Of a DNA stretch of 64,000 bases, positions 9,841 through 21,057 are shown piece by piece (within the stretch, counting starts at the first letter, position 1; every line of letters begins with the position of its first letter). Source of the DNA: an uncultured Actinomycetes bacterium (GTDB lineage: Bacteria > Actinomycetota > Thermoleophilia > Gaiellales > Gaiellaceae); the NCBI GenBank assembly GCA_963815005.1, contig CAWFFI010000006.1, positions 139,231 through 203,230 of the forward strand. Reading direction: 5' to 3'. The notes under the pieces were generated by a model. It was not told the origin of the DNA, did no database searches, and saw nothing but the letters and a program-made list of their open reading frames with translations. The translations under genes were made by a program, and so were the position numbers.

Positions 9841-10853
9841 TGGGCGCGACCGAGACAGAGCGGCGGGCACGGCCCCTCGGCGGCGCGGGGTCGCCGCTGC
9901 ACGCGTTCCTGCGCCCGACGCCGCTGCTGCTGGCCGCGAGCGTCGTCTTCCTGCTCGTCGGCTCGCTCTCGAGCACGATCTTCGCCCAGCAGACCGTCGC
10001 CGGCCTCGCGCAGGGGGCGATCTTCGCGAGCCTCGCGCTCGCGCTCGTCCTCATCTACCGGGCGACCGGCGTGATCAACTTCGCGCAGGGCGAGATGGCG
10101 ATGGGGACGACGTACATCGCCTACCAGCTGACGCTCTGGGGACTCTCGTACTGGCTCGCGTTCTTCTGCTCGCTCGCGATCGCCTTCGTGCTCGGCGCGC
10201 TGATCCAGGTGGCGGTGATCCGGCCGGTGCAGCACAAGTCGGTGATCGCGGTCGTGATCGTGACGATCGGCCTCTTCATCCTCATCGACGGCCTCGTCGC
10301 GTGGCGGTGGGGCGGCGACATCAAGTTCATGGACGCGCCGTTCGGGAACGCCGTCTACCACGCCGGGGGCGTCTCCTTCGCCCGGCAGGACATCGGCACG
10401 CTCGTCGTCACCGTCGTCTCCGTGCTCGCCCTCTGGGCGTTCTTCCGCTTCACGAAGATCGGGCTCGGGCTGCGAGCCGGCGCGGTGCGCCCGGCGGCGG
10501 CGCGGCTCGTCGGCGTGCGCGTCGACGCGCTGCTCGCGGTCGGCTGGGGGCTCGCCGCGATGCTCGGCGCCATCTCGGGGCTGATGACCGAGCCGTCGCA
10601 GTTCCTCCAGCCGACGATGATGCAGCCGATCCTGCTCTACGCGTTCGCGGCCGCGGTGCTCGGCGGGCTCGAGAGCCCGGCCGGGTCGGTCGTCGGCGGC
10701 CTCGCGCTCGGCGTCTTCCTCAACCTGATCGGCCAGTACGTCGGCTTCGCGACCTCGGAGCTGCGGCTGCCGATCGCGTTCGCCGTGCTGCTCGGCGTCC
10801 TGCTCCTGAAGCCGCACGGCCTGTTCGGCCGCAAGGAGGTGCGGCGCGTATGA
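9840..10853 (+). CDS. livH: Branched-chain amino acid ABC transporter permease
   Basis: ATG 9840 overlaps the livF stop. Multi-pass membrane protein with LivH-like blocks (INFAQGEMAM, LESPAGSVVGG). Confidence 0.8.
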
Positions 10854-11791
10854 GGGCCGCGCTCGCCGCCCGCGCCGGGACGCTCGCCGCCGTGGCGGTC
10901 ATCCTCGCGCTGCTCCCGTTCCAGCTCAGCAACTACCACCAGGGGATCGCCGCCCGGGTCGGCGTGTACTTCATCGCGATCCTCGGCCTCAACGTGCTCA
11001 CCGGCTACACCGGCCAGATCTCGATCGGGCACGGCGCGTTCATGGCGATCGGCGGCTACACGACCGCGATCATGTCCGCCGACCACCACACGAACCTGAT
11101 CGCGACCCTGCCGCTCGCGTTCGCGATCACGTTCGCGTGCGGCCTGCTCGTCGGGCTGCCGGCCCTGCGCTTCTCGGGCGTCTATCTCGCGCTCGCGACG
11201 TTCGCGCTCGCCGTCTCGGTGCCCCAGCTGCCGCTCAAGTTCTCGACGTTCACCGGGGGCAGCAACGGCATCCGCACCGTCGACACGCCGACGAACCTGT
11301 GGCTCTACGGCGTCACGTGGGCGTGCGGCGCGATCCTCTTCGCCGGCGCGTGGCTGCTGCTGCGCGGGCGGATCGGCCGGGCCTTCCGCGCCGTGCGCGA
11401 CAGCGAGGTCGCCGCGACCTCGTCGGGCGTCGAGCTCTCCGTCTACAAGACGCTCGCGTTCGGCGTCTCCGCCGCGTTCGCCGGGGTCGCCGGCTCGCTC
11501 TTCGTCCTCGCGACGAACGGCTTCGCGCAGCCGAACGAGTTCGGCGTCCTGCTCTCGCTGAAGATCCTGATCGGGGCGGCCGTCGCCGGCCTCGGCTCGC
11601 TCTGGGGCGTGCTCGCGGGCGCGATCTTCATCGGCCTGCTGCCCGAGATCTCGTCGAGCATCCCGGTCGTCGGCTCGGACCACGGGCAGGACGTCGCCTT
11701 CGGCCTGCTCGTGATTCTCGTCATGCTCCTGCTCCCCACCGGCGTCGCCGGGATGCTCGGCCGGCTCGTCCGGGGCCGGGCGAGGACTTGA
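10850..11791 (+). CDS. livM: Branched-chain amino acid ABC transporter permease
   Basis: ATG 10850 overlaps the livH stop. LivM-like blocks (GYTGQISIGHGAFMAIGGY, RAVRDSEVAA). Confidence 0.8.
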   Translation: MRAALAARAGTLAAVAVILALLPFQLSNYHQGIAARVGVYFIAILGLNVLTGYTGQISIGHGAFMAIGGYTTAIMSADHHTNLIATLPLAFAITFACGLLVGLPALRFSGVYLALATFALAVSVPQLPLKFSTFTGGSNGIRTVDTPTNLWLYGVTWACGAILFAGAWLLLRGRIGRAFRAVRDSEVAATSSGVELSVYKTLAFGVSAAFAGVAGSLFVLATNGFAQPNEFGVLLSLKILIGAAVAGLGSLWGVLAGAIFIGLLPEISSSIPVVGSDHGQDVAFGLLVILVMLLLPTGVAGMLGRLVRGRART

Positions 11792-11816
11792 ACCACGATT
11801 CAAAAATCTCTATCAA
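11788..11816 (+). promoter_or_regulatory. Putative internal promoter (TTGAAC -17 nt- TATCAA) ahead of the binding-protein gene
   Basis: The hexamer pair lies in an unusually AT-rich 100-bp spacer. It is followed by a GC hairpin (CCCGGCGCGCGTGCCGGG) and the RBS GGAGGG. Pattern recognition only. Confidence 0.3.
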
Positions 11817-11890
11817 TATCGGATCCGATTACGTCATAGTCGGTACACCCCGGCGCGCGTGCCGGGACATCACCACGCGTAGGAGGGCGG

Positions 11891-13151
11891 ATGGGCATGA
11901 AGCGCAGGATCTTCGCCAGCGCAGTCGCGATCGTCGCCGTTGCCGGCATCGCAGCGACTGCCGCATTCGGCGCGCACCAGGACGGATCCCGGAATCACGA
12001 GCACGTCGATCAAGATCGGTGGCACGTTCCCGCTCACCGGTCCGGCGTCGCTGTACAAGACGATTCCGTTCGCCGAGAAGGCGTACTTCGACTACATCAA
12101 CGCCCACGGCGGCGTCAACGGCCGGAAGATCGACTTCACGATCCTCGACGACGGCTACGACCCGTCGAAGACGGTGCCGCTGGCGCAGCAGCTCGTCGAG
12201 CAGGACAAGGTCTTCGCGGTCATGGGCAGCCTCGGTACCGCACCGGGCCTCGCGACCTGGGGCTACCTGAACAAGAACAAGGTGCCGCAGGTCCTGCTCG
12301 CCACCGGCGACTCGTTCTGGGGCTTCTGCTCCGTGAAGCCGTGCGGCGGCACGACGTATCCGTGGACGATCGGCTGGCAGCCCGACTATCCGGGTGAGGG
12401 CAAGGTCTACGGCCGCTACATCGCGACGACCATGCCGAACGCGAAGGTCGGCGTCCTCTACCAGAACGACGCGTACGGCAAGAACTACTACGCGGGTCTC
12501 CGGGTCGGCCTCGGTGCGAAGAAGACCGACATCGTCGACGCCGAGTCGTACGACGTCACGAACCCGAGCCTGACGCAGCAGATTCTCGCGCTGAAGAGCA
12601 AGGGCGCCGACACGTTCGTCATCTTCGGCACGCCGAGCCCGACGATCACGGCGCTCGTGACGGCGACGAAGGTCGGCTGGAACCCGACGGAGTTCGTGAA
12701 CAACGTCTCGGCGAACCGGTTGTTCCTGCTCGCCGCCGCGGCGAACGGTGCCAGCGTCGACGGCGCCATCTCGACGACCTACGTCGAGAGCCCGTCCACG
12801 CAGCCGAATCTGACCGGGATGAAGTTCGGCAAGGCGATCATCAACCAGTACGCGCCGGCGCTCGCGAAGAGCTTCGCCTCGGGCGACACGAACATCGTGT
12901 ACGGGCTCGGCGCCGCCTGGACGTTCGTCTACGCGCTGCAGCACGCGGGCAAGAACCCGACCCGGGCCAGCCTGATGCAGGCGCTGCACAGCCTGAACAC
13001 GTCGAAGAACCCGTTCCTCTACCCCGGGATCAAGCTCCAGACGTCGGCGAAGGACCACTTCCCGATCGAGCAGGAGATCATGACGAAGTGGAGCGGCGGC
13101 GGGGGCGGCGACTGGCACCCGTTCGGCAAGCTGCTCAGCGGGGTGCGCTAG
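11891..13151 (+). CDS. Branched-chain amino acid ABC transporter substrate-binding protein, frame break near 11985
   Basis: The signal peptide (MGMKRRIFASAVAIVAVAGIAATAAFGA) is in one frame. The mature Leu/Ile/Val-binding-type domain (ITSTSIKIGGTFPLTGPASLY..) is in the +1 frame. Confidence 0.8.
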
Positions 13152-13178
13152 CCGCACCGTCCGCGAACCGAGTGTGAC

Positions 13179-13206
13179 CGGCGGGGGAGCTTCGGCTCCC
13201 CCGCCG
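13179..13206 (+). terminator. Intrinsic terminator-like hairpin after the liv cluster
   Basis: Perfect 12-bp stem CGGCGGGGGAGC / GCTCCCCCGCCG with a TTCG loop, followed by CGTTTGCG. Confidence 0.6.
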
Positions 13207-13236
13207 CGTTTGCGCGGTTCCGCTACAACCTTCTCG

Positions 13237-13989
13237 ATGGGCCGGGTCGCCGTCACCGTCGTGCTCGGCACCGTGCTCGCGGCGCTCGCGCTCGCCCCCG
13301 GCGCGTTCGCCCGCCACGGCCCGCAGGGTCAGCCGCCGACGGAGCTCGACCGGCTCGTCTGGGCCGGCGCACCCGTCCTCTGCGGCGGCCCGCACAAGCG
13401 CGTGTTCGCGCTCACCTTCGACGACGGGCCCGGCCCCTGGACGCGGACGCTCCTCGCCGCGCTGCGCCGTGGGCACGCGCCCGGCACGTTCTTCCTCGTC
13501 GGCAACCGGATCGCACTCTGGCCCGGCGCCGTCGCGGCGGAGGCGCAGGCGGGCGCGCTCGGCGACCACACGTGGTCGCACGCGCACCTGACCACGCTGA
13601 AGCCCGCGCAGGTGCTCCGTCAGCTCGAGTGGACGCAGGCGACGATCCTCGTCCGCACGGAGACGGAGGTGCGCCTGTTCCGGCCGCCGTACGACGAGAT
13701 CGACGCACGGGTCCGGCGCGTCGTCCGCTCGCTCGGGCTGCTCGACGTGCGCTGGAACGTCGACTCCGGCGACTCCCGGTGGGGCGCCCGTCCGGCCCAG
13801 GTGACGCGCACGATCCTCCGCTCCCTCGAGCCGGGCGCGATCGTGCTCCTCCACGACGCGCACCCGTGGACGGGGAAGGTCGTGCGGAGCGTGCTCGCAG
13901 CCGCCCGGCGCCGCCACCTCTGGCCGGTCACGGTGCCGCGGCTGCTCGAGGTCGACCCGCCCGACCCGGCCCACAACTGCTACTCGTGA
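13237..13989 (+). CDS. Polysaccharide deacetylase (NodB homology) family protein, secreted
   Basis: Signal-like N-terminus from ATG 13237. NodB motifs TFDDGP and HTWSH. Confidence 0.8.
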   Translation: MGRVAVTVVLGTVLAALALAPGAFARHGPQGQPPTELDRLVWAGAPVLCGGPHKRVFALTFDDGPGPWTRTLLAALRRGHAPGTFFLVGNRIALWPGAVAAEAQAGALGDHTWSHAHLTTLKPAQVLRQLEWTQATILVRTETEVRLFRPPYDEIDARVRRVVRSLGLLDVRWNVDSGDSRWGARPAQVTRTILRSLEPGAIVLLHDAHPWTGKVVRSVLAAARRRHLWPVTVPRLLEVDPPDPAHNCYS

Positions 13990-13996
13990 CGCGGCG

Positions 13997-15901
13997 TCAG
14001 CCGGTGAGCGCGGCGGCGTCCGTCACCGGGGCGCGGCAGGCGAAGCGCTCGCACACGTAGACGGCCGGCCGGCCGTCGACGAGCGTCTTGCCGGCGAGGA
14101 GCGGCACGCCGTCGCCGGGGCCGAACGCGACGACGCTGTTCGGCTCGAGGCCGCGCAGCGCGGCGCGCGCGACGTCGCTCGAGGGCGGGCCGACGATCGC
14201 GAGCTCGCGCGGCGGCGCCAGGTGGAGGTCGAGCGCGCAGAGCGCCCAGCCGAACGCCGTCGGTGCGCGCACGAGCGTCTTGCGGACGAGCCGGAGCACG
14301 CCGGTCGCGCGCCGCTCCAGCTCGTCGTCGCCCCAGATCCGCGCGAGCCGCAGCAGCACGAACGCGAGCATCGAGTTCCCCGACGGGGTCGGGTGGTCGT
14401 CGAGGTCCTTCTGGCGGGCGACGAGCATCTCGCCGTCGGCGGGCGTGAGGAAGAAGCCGCCGCGCTCGTCGTCGGCGAAGAGCTCCACGGCGAGACGCGC
14501 GAGGCGGTACGACTCCTCGAGCCAGCGCAGCTCGCCGGTCGCGACGTGGAGCTCGTAGAGCCCGTGCGCGACGTCGGCGTAGTCCTCGAGGTAGCCGGTG
14601 CCCTTCGCGACGCCGTCGCGCCAGGTGCGGTGCAGGCGGCCCTCGCCGGTGGAGAGCGGCCCGAGCAGGAACCCGGCGAGCGCGCGGGCCGCGTCGAGCC
14701 AGTCGGGCCGGTCGAGCCGCCGCCCCGCCTCCGCGAGCGCGGCGAGCCAGAGCCCGTTCCAGGCCGCGACCGCCTTGTCGTCGCGCGCCGGCTGCGGGCG
14801 CCGCTCCCGGGCCGCCAGCAGCGCGGCGCGCTCCTCGGCCGTGAGCCCGCCGCGGAGGATCGAGCGGCCGTGCTCGAACGGCTGGAGCAGGAGCTCACGG
14901 CCGGGGCCGATCGCCGCGGCGAGCTCGTCCTCCGTCCACGTGAACGTGAGCCCCTCGACGCCGTCCGTGTCGGCGTCCTGCGCCGAGGCGAAGCCGCCGC
15001 CCTCGAGCGCGAGCTCGCGCAGGACGTAGGAGACGGTCTGCTCGACGATCTCGCGGTACGACTCCTCGCCCGTGAGCACCCACGCGTGCAGGTACGCGGG
15101 GACGAGGAGCGCGTTGTCGTAGAGCATCTTCTCGAAGTGCGGCACGAGCCACTCCTCGTCGACCGAGTAGCGGTGGAAGCCGCCGCCGACGAGGTCGTAC
15201 ATGCCGCCGGCGCGCATCCCGTCGAGCGTCGCCAGCGCCGGCTCGAAGGCGCCGCGCCGCAGCAGGAGCTCGAGCGCGGAGGCGGGCGGGAACTTCGGCG
15301 CGTGCCCGAACCCGCCCCACTTCGGGTCGACCTGCGCGCGCAGCCGCTCGACCGCCTCGTCGAGGAGGCCTGCCGTGAGCGGCTCGGTCGAGGGCGCGAC
15401 CTCGGCGCCGCGCCGGAGCGCCTCGACGAGCGCCTCCGCCTGCTGGGCGACGTCGTCGCGCTGGTCGCGGTACGCGTTCGCGAGCGCGGCGAGCACCTGC
15501 CGGAACGACGGCATCCCGTGGCGCGGCTCGGGCGGGTAGTACGTCCCGCCGTAGAACGGCGCGCCGTCGGGCGTGAGGAAGACGGTCATCGGCCAGCCGC
15601 CGTGGCCGGTGAGCGCGACGACCGCCTCCATGTAGACGGCGTCGACGTCGGGCCGCTCCTCCCGGTCGACCTTGACGTTGACGTAGAGCTCGTTCATCAG
15701 CTGCGCCGTCGCCTCGTCCTCGAACGACTCGCGCTCCATCACGTGGCACCAGTGGCAGGCGGAGTAGCCGATCGAGACGAGGAGCGGCCTGTCCTCGGCG
15801 CGCGCGCGGGCGAACGCCTCCTCGCCCCACGGGTACCAGTCGACCGGGTTGCCGGCGTGCTGGAGGAGGTACGGGCTCGTCTCGGCCGCGAGCCGGTTCA
15901 T
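13997..15901 (-). CDS. Thioredoxin domain-containing protein (DUF255 / YyaL-like)
   Basis: ATG at 15901 ([26 protein letters not shown]..). CHWCHVM motif. Long alpha-toroid-like C-terminal region. Uninterrupted for about 634 codons. Confidence 0.85.
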   Translation of the reverse strand: MNRLAAETSPYLLQHAGNPVDWYPWGEEAFARARAEDRPLLVSIGYSACHWCHVMERESFEDEATAQLMNELYVNVKVDREERPDVDAVYMEAVVALTGHGGWPMTVFLTPDGAPFYGGTYYPPEPRHGMPSFRQVLAALANAYRDQRDDVAQQAEALVEALRRGAEVAPSTEPLTAGLLDEAVERLRAQVDPKWGGFGHAPKFPPASALELLLRRGAFEPALATLDGMRAGGMYDLVGGGFHRYSVDEEWLVPHFEKMLYDNALLVPAYLHAWVLTGEESYREIVEQTVSYVLRELALEGGGFASAQDADTDGVEGLTFTWTEDELAAAIGPGRELLLQPFEHGRSILRGGLTAEERAALLAARERRPQPARDDKAVAAWNGLWLAALAEAGRRLDRPDWLDAARALAGFLLGPLSTGEGRLHRTWRDGVAKGTGYLEDYADVAHGLYELHVATGELRWLEESYRLARLAVELFADDERGGFFLTPADGEMLVARQKDLDDHPTPSGNSMLAFVLLRLARIWGDDELERRATGVLRLVRKTLVRAPTAFGWALCALDLHLAPPRELAIVGPPSSDVARAALRGLEPNSVVAFGPGDGVPLLAGKTLVDGRPAVYVCERFACRAPVTDAAALTG

Positions 15902-16639
15902 CGCGAGTACTCGACGAGGGTGGCGTGGACGCGGAAGCCGAGCGAGCGGTACAGCGCGCACGCGGGCTCGTCGAGGCAGTAGACGATCGCCTGGCGGCAG
16001 GCCCTCGTCGTGCAGCCGGCGGAGCGCGAACGTGCAGACGGCGGCGCCGAGGCCGCGGCGGCGGAACTCCTCGCGGACGCCGACCGGCTCGAACTCGCCG
16101 ACGCCGTTCTCGTCGTCGGGCCAGGCGTGGCAGTAGGCGGCGAAGCGGCCGTCGGGCGCCTCGACGACGCAGTCGAGCGAGGCGCGGTAGGGCCACGTGG
16201 CGATGACGTTCGCGTAGCTCTCCTCGGTCACCCGCGACGGCGACCAGACGTCGCGGTGGATCGCGACGCGCTCGGCGAGGTCGCCGGGCTCGACGGTGCG
16301 GTAGCGGAAGCCGTCGGGCAGCGGCGGCAGCGGCGGCGGCTCGGGCAGGTCGCGCGCGAGGAAGACCAGCGCCTCGCCGGGCCGGACGAACCCGTGGCGC
16401 GCGAGCGCGGCCCGCAGCTCCGTGTCGTCGTCGAAGGAGAAGGCGGTGCGCGCGTCCGGCTCGTCGAGGATCTCGTCCAGCAGCTCGTCGCGTCCGGCGA
16501 GCACGTCGAGGTCGAGCTTGGCGGTCGCGCCCTTCAGCCACGACCAGGCGACGACCTCGCCGTCCTCCTCCCAGAGGCGGATCCGCCACTCGTGCTCGCG
16601 GCCGGCGTGCTGGCGGAGGCCCCACGCGATGTCGCCCAC
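15898..16639 (-). CDS. GNAT family N-acetyltransferase, frame break near 16001; true start unresolved
   Basis: [13 protein letters not shown] acetyl-CoA motif. The native C-terminus ([33 protein letters not shown]) is in the +1 frame, and its TGA overlaps the next ATG (ATGA). The homologous N-terminus continues upstream of GTG 16639 to about 16755 without a canonical start. Confidence 0.65.
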
Positions 16640-16748
16640 GTGCCAGGGCGCGCGCGGGCCGAGCAGGCGGCGCTGCCGGAGCGCGAGGCCCTGCAGGGCG
16701 CGCAGGTCCTCGAACCCGCGCCACGGACGCGATGCGATGATCGAGGCG

Positions 16749-17183
16749 ATGGGTCGATCCTACGAGGAGCTCCAGGTCGGCGACGTGTACCGCAGCCGCT
16801 ACGGCCGCACGGTGCTCGAGGCGGACAACGTCTGGTTCACGCTCCTGACGCTGAACACGAACCCGATCCACTTCGACGCCTCGTACGCGGCGACCACGGA
16901 GTGGAAGCGGCCGCTCGTCGACTCGACGTTCACGCTCGCGCTCGTGACCGGGCTGTCGGTGGCGGACGTGTCCGAGCGGGGCGTGAACCTCGGCTGGCGC
17001 GAGGTGCGGCTGACGGCGCCCGTCTTCGCGGGCGACACGATCCGCGCCGAGACGCAGGTGCTGGCGAAGCGCGAGTCGCGGTCGCGGCCCGGGCAGGGGA
17101 TCGTCACGGTGCGGACGCGCGGGCTCAACGAGCGCGACGAGACGGTGATCGAGTTCGAGCGGACGATCATGCTGCCGCTGTGA
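16749..17183 (+). CDS. MaoC family (R-specific enoyl-CoA) dehydratase
   Basis: Hotdog-fold blocks ([11 protein letters not shown]..). Alternative start at ATG 16737. Confidence 0.8.
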   Translation: MGRSYEELQVGDVYRSRYGRTVLEADNVWFTLLTLNTNPIHFDASYAATTEWKRPLVDSTFTLALVTGLSVADVSERGVNLGWREVRLTAPVFAGDTIRAETQVLAKRESRSRPGQGIVTVRTRGLNERDETVIEFERTIMLPL

Positions 17184-17229
17184 TCGAGACCGACGCGCAC
17201 AGGCCCGCCGACATCTGGGCACGCCCGGC

Positions 17230-18432
17230 GTGAGCGCGCCGCTGCGCCCGCTCGAGGGGACGCTCGTCGTCGACGTGACCTCGTCGCTCGCCGGGCCGAC
17301 CTCGACGCAGCTGCTCGCGGCGCTCGGCGCCGACGTCGTCAAGATCGAGCCGCCCGGCGGCGACCACGCGCGCGCCTGGGGGCCGCCGTTCTGGCAGGGC
17401 GAGAGCGCGATGTTCCTGGCGTCGAACGCCGGCAAGCGGTCGCTCGCGCTCGATCTCGGCGACCCGCGCGGGCTCGAGGCGCTGCTGCGGCTCGCCGACC
17501 GCGCCGACGTGCTCGTGCAGAGCCTGCGCCCGGGCGCGGCCGAGCAGCGCGGCTTCGGGCCGGACGCCGTGCGCGCGCGCAACCCGCGACTCGTCTACTG
17601 CACGATCGGCGCGTTCGGCGCGACGGGGCCGCTGAGCGATCAGCCCGGCTACGACCCGCTGATGCAGGCCGCGGCCGGGATCATGAGCGTCACCGGCGAG
17701 GACGACCGGCCGCCGGTGCGCGTCGGCGTCTCGCTGATCGACCTCGGCACCGGCGTCTGGGCCGCGCTCGGCGTCCTCGCGGCGCTGCACGAGCGCGAGC
17801 GGACCGGCGTGGGCCGCACGCTCGACGTGTCGCTCTACGAGACGGCGCTGTCGTTGCTCGCGTACCAGCTCGTCGGCTACCTGGGCACGGGCGAGGTGCC
17901 GGGCCGCGAGGGGAGCGCGTTCGCGCAGATCGCGCCGTACCAGGTGTTCCCGACCGCGGACGGCGGCCTGATGATCGTCGCCGGGAACGACAAGCTCTTC
18001 GCCGCGCTCTGCCGCGTCCTCGGCGTGCCCGCGCTCGCGGACGACCCGCGCTTCCTGACGAATCCCGACCGCGTGCGCAACCGGGCAGAGCTGCTCGCGC
18101 TGCTCGAGGAGCGGACGCGGATGCGGGAGAGCGAGGAGCTGCTCGCGGCGCTCGTCGAGGCGGGCGTGCCCGCGTCGCCCGTCCACGACGTCGGCGAGGC
18201 GGCGCGGCACGAGCAGACGCGCGCGCTCGGGATCCTCCAGGAGCTGCCGGGCGGCACGGTCGCCGACCTCGTCACGCTCGCGCTGCCGCTCTCCGCCGAC
18301 GGCGAGCGGATCCGGCATCGCACCCCGCCGCCGCCGCTCGGCGCGCACACGGCCGAGATCCTGCGCGAGCTCGGCTACGCCGAGGGCGAGATCGAGTCGC
18401 TCGCCGCCGCCGGCGTCGTCCGCCTCGGCTGA
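17230..18432 (+). CDS. CaiB/BaiF family (class III) CoA-transferase
   Basis: 400-aa uninterrupted ORF from GTG 17230 with typical family III blocks (..[23 protein letters not shown].., [17 protein letters not shown]). Confidence 0.85.
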   Translation: MSAPLRPLEGTLVVDVTSSLAGPTSTQLLAALGADVVKIEPPGGDHARAWGPPFWQGESAMFLASNAGKRSLALDLGDPRGLEALLRLADRADVLVQSLRPGAAEQRGFGPDAVRARNPRLVYCTIGAFGATGPLSDQPGYDPLMQAAAGIMSVTGEDDRPPVRVGVSLIDLGTGVWAALGVLAALHERERTGVGRTLDVSLYETALSLLAYQLVGYLGTGEVPGREGSAFAQIAPYQVFPTADGGLMIVAGNDKLFAALCRVLGVPALADDPRFLTNPDRVRNRAELLALLEERTRMRESEELLAALVEAGVPASPVHDVGEAARHEQTRALGILQELPGGTVADLVTLALPLSADGERIRHRTPPPPLGAHTAEILRELGYAEGEIESLAAAGVVRLG

Positions 18433-18454
18433 CTCGCCGGGCCAGGTCGTCTCC

Positions 18455-18487
18455 GGACACGGCCGGTGCCAGGCACCGGACGTGTCC
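18455..18487. repeat. 33-bp palindrome, repeat family copy 1 (one mismatch)
   Basis: GGACACGGCCGGTGCC-A-GGCACCGGACGTGTCC; 15 of 16 arm positions are complementary. Confidence 0.9.
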
Positions 18488-18555
18488 CCGGCGAACATGT
18501 CCGTTCGGCAAGCGCCCTCGCAGAACGGACTCCCACCAACCCCTGCGTCTCTTTC

Positions 18556-18588
18556 GGCCATGTCCGGTGCCTGGCACCGGACATGGCC
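18556..18588. repeat. 33-bp perfect palindrome, repeat family copy 2
   Basis: GGCCATGTCCGGTGCC-T-GGCACCGGACATGGCC. Its centre is 101 bp from the centre of copy 1. Confidence 0.95.
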
Positions 18589-18617
18589 CGAGCGGACGCC
18601 ATGCCGGCGCCCCTCGG

Positions 18618-19499
18618 TCAGGTCTCCGGACGTGGCCGCGGCGGCCAGGGGCCGGCGCGATAGACCTGGCCCTCCAGGCGCCGGCCGAGCATGCCCTCCA
18701 GCCAGAGCGAGATCTCGATCAGCGCGTCGAGGTCGACGCCCGTCTCGATCCCCTCACCCTCCAGCAGATAGACGAGATCCTCGGTCGCGACGTTCCCGGT
18801 CGCCCTCGGCGCGTACGGGCACCCGCCGAGGCCGCCGACCGACGCGTCGAGCAGCCGGGCTCCGCCCTCGAGCGCGCCGAGACAGTTCGCGTACCCGGTG
18901 CTGCGCGTGTCGTGCCCGTGGAACCCCTCCGCCCCGGCCCGCTCGACGAGCGCCCGCACCGCGGAAGGCGTCGCCACGCCGATCGTGTCCGCGAGCACCA
19001 CCTCCGCCCGCCCGGAGAACCGCGCCGCCAGCTCCGCCACCGCACCCGGGTCGACCCGCCCCTCGAACGGACAACCGAAGCTGCACGAGATCGTCACCGT
19101 CGCCGGCGTCTCCCCCGCCGCCTCGAGGATCGCCTCGCTGCGCTCGACCGCCTCCTCGAGCGAGGCGTTCCCGTTCTGCCGGTTGAACGTCTCCGTCGCC
19201 GCGAGCGTCACGTTCACCCGGTCGAGCCCGCACGCCCGGAACCGCTCCCACCCCTTCACGTTCAGGACGAGACCCGAGTACTCGACGCCGCCACGCCGCC
19301 CGATCCGCGCGACGACCTCCTCCGCGCCCGCCATCTGCGGCACGCGGTCCTCCCGGACGAAGCTCACCGCCTCGATGCGCGGCAGCCCCGCCGCCGCCAG
19401 CCGGTCGACGAGCTCGGCGCGCGTCTCCGGGGCCAGCTCCTCCTGCTCGTTCTGGAGGCCGTCCCGCGGGCCCACGTCGCAAACGGTCACTCCCCGCAT
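18618..19499 (-). CDS. Hydroxymethylglutaryl-CoA lyase
   Basis: VGPRDGLQNE motif and DRE-TIM lyase blocks. 293 aa, uninterrupted. Confidence 0.85.
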   Translation of the reverse strand: MRGVTVCDVGPRDGLQNEQEELAPETRAELVDRLAAAGLPRIEAVSFVREDRVPQMAGAEEVVARIGRRGGVEYSGLVLNVKGWERFRACGLDRVNVTLAATETFNRQNGNASLEEAVERSEAILEAAGETPATVTISCSFGCPFEGRVDPGAVAELAARFSGRAEVVLADTIGVATPSAVRALVERAGAEGFHGHDTRSTGYANCLGALEGGARLLDASVGGLGGCPYAPRATGNVATEDLVYLLEGEGIETGVDLDALIEISLWLEGMLGRRLEGQVYRAGPWPPRPRPET

Positions 19500-19521
19500 C
19501 CGCTGAGCGTAGTTGCTCCCG

Positions 19522-20991
19522 ATGCGAGAGGAAGGATCGCGTCCCTACTCTTCCGCCATGCATCCTTCAGCCTCCTTCAGCGCCGCCATCCGCGTGCGCA
19601 TCCAGAACCATCCGGGCGCCTTCGCGCGCCTCGCCTCCGCGATCGGGGAGGCCGGCGGCCTCCTCGGCGCCATCGACCTCGTCCGCGTCGAGCGCGACAC
19701 GAAGGTCCGCGACGTCAACGTCCTCGCCGACGACGAGCACCATCTCGACGCGATCGTCGAGGCCGTCCGCTCCGTCCCGGGCGTCGAGGTCGTCAACGTC
19801 TCCGACCGCGTCTTCCTCGCCCACCTCGGCGGCAAGCTCGAAGTGCAGCCGCGGTCGCCGCTGAAGACACGCGAGGACCTGTCCATGGTCTACACACCGG
19901 GCGTCGCGCGCGTCTCGCGCGCGATCGCCGACGATCCCGAGAAGGTCTGGAACCTGACGATCAAGCGGAACACGGTCGCGGTCGTCAGCGACGGCACCGC
20001 CGTGCTCGGCCTCGGCGACATCGGCCCCGAGGGCGCGCTGCCCGTGATGGAGGGCAAGGCCGTCCTCTTCAAGGAGTTCGCGGGCGTCGACGCATTCCCG
20101 ATCTGCCTCGCCACGAAGGACCCGGACGAGATCGTCCGGACCGTGGAGGCGATCGCCCCGGTGTTCGGCGGCATCAACCTCGAGGACATCTCCGCGCCCC
20201 GCTGCTTCGAGATCGAGCGGCGGCTGCGCGAGCGGCTCGACATCCCCGTGTTTCACGACGACCAGCACGGCACCGCGATCGTCGTCCTCGCTGCGCTCCT
20301 GAACGCGCTGCGCGTCGTCGGCAAGCGGATCGAGGACGTCCGCGTCGTCACGACAGGCTGCGGCGCCGCCGGCATGGCGGTCACGCGCACGCTCCAGCAC
20401 GCCGGCGTCCGCTGGATCGTCGGCTGCGACGAGGGCGGCGCCCTCTACCGCGGCCGCGAAGGGCTCAATCCGGCGAAGCAGGAGTACGCCGAGACGACGA
20501 ACCCCGACAACGTCACCGGCGCCGCCGACGACCTGCTCGAGGGCGCCGACGTCTTCATCGGCGTCTCCGTCCCGGGCGCGATCAGCGCCGACGGCGTCCG
20601 GCGGATGGCGCCGCGCGCGATCGTGTTCGCGATGGCGAACCCGAATCCGGAGGTCGACCCCGAGGCGATCGAGGGGCTCGCCGAGGTGATCGCCACCGGG
20701 CGCTCCGACTACCCGAACCAGATCAACAACGTGCTCGCGTTCCCCGGTGTCTTCCGCGGCGCGCTCGACGTGCGGGCGAAGACGATCAACGGAGCGATGG
20801 AGGTCGCGGCGGCCCGCGCGATCGCGGCGGCGATCTCCGACGAGGAGCTCTCCGCCGACTACATCGTCCCGAGCGTCTTCAACCGGGCGATCGCCCCGGC
20901 GGTCGCGGCCGCGGTCGCCGCCGCCGCCGAGGAGACGGGCGTCGCCCGCCGAGCGCACGCGGCCGGCCAGCCCGCACCGCTACTTCCGTAG
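19522..20991 (+). CDS. NAD(P)-dependent malic enzyme with an N-terminal ACT-like domain
   Basis: Malic enzyme blocks ([50 protein letters not shown]). Start options are TTG 19513, ATG 19522 and ATG 19558. Confidence 0.85.
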   Translation: MREEGSRPYSSAMHPSASFSAAIRVRIQNHPGAFARLASAIGEAGGLLGAIDLVRVERDTKVRDVNVLADDEHHLDAIVEAVRSVPGVEVVNVSDRVFLAHLGGKLEVQPRSPLKTREDLSMVYTPGVARVSRAIADDPEKVWNLTIKRNTVAVVSDGTAVLGLGDIGPEGALPVMEGKAVLFKEFAGVDAFPICLATKDPDEIVRTVEAIAPVFGGINLEDISAPRCFEIERRLRERLDIPVFHDDQHGTAIVVLAALLNALRVVGKRIEDVRVVTTGCGAAGMAVTRTLQHAGVRWIVGCDEGGALYRGREGLNPAKQEYAETTNPDNVTGAADDLLEGADVFIGVSVPGAISADGVRRMAPRAIVFAMANPNPEVDPEAIEGLAEVIATGRSDYPNQINNVLAFPGVFRGALDVRAKTINGAMEVAAARAIAAAISDEELSADYIVPSVFNRAIAPAVAAAVAAAAEETGVARRAHAAGQPAPLLP

Positions 20992-21057
20992 TTCGCCGCA
21001 GCAGGGATCGGCGGCCGAGCGGATGCCGCCGCTCCCCGTGCCCGCGAGCATCGACAC

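Noticed and set aside
13997-16639. 880-aa ORF suggesting a GNAT-thioredoxin-domain fusion protein.
   Set aside because: A +1 correction near 16001 restores a typical GNAT C-terminus. Its TGA then overlaps the ATG of the thioredoxin-domain gene (ATGA at 15898-15901). These are two genes, not a fusion. The same logic applies to 27510..30614, which is PotA plus the aminotransferase plus Lrp read-through.
18455-18588. The palindromic repeats here and at 52246-52376 considered as a CRISPR array.
   Set aside because: There are only two units per locus. The units are perfect palindromes about 101 bp apart with a hairpin-containing spacer, and no cas genes are in the window. This pattern fits REP/MITE-like elements, not CRISPR.
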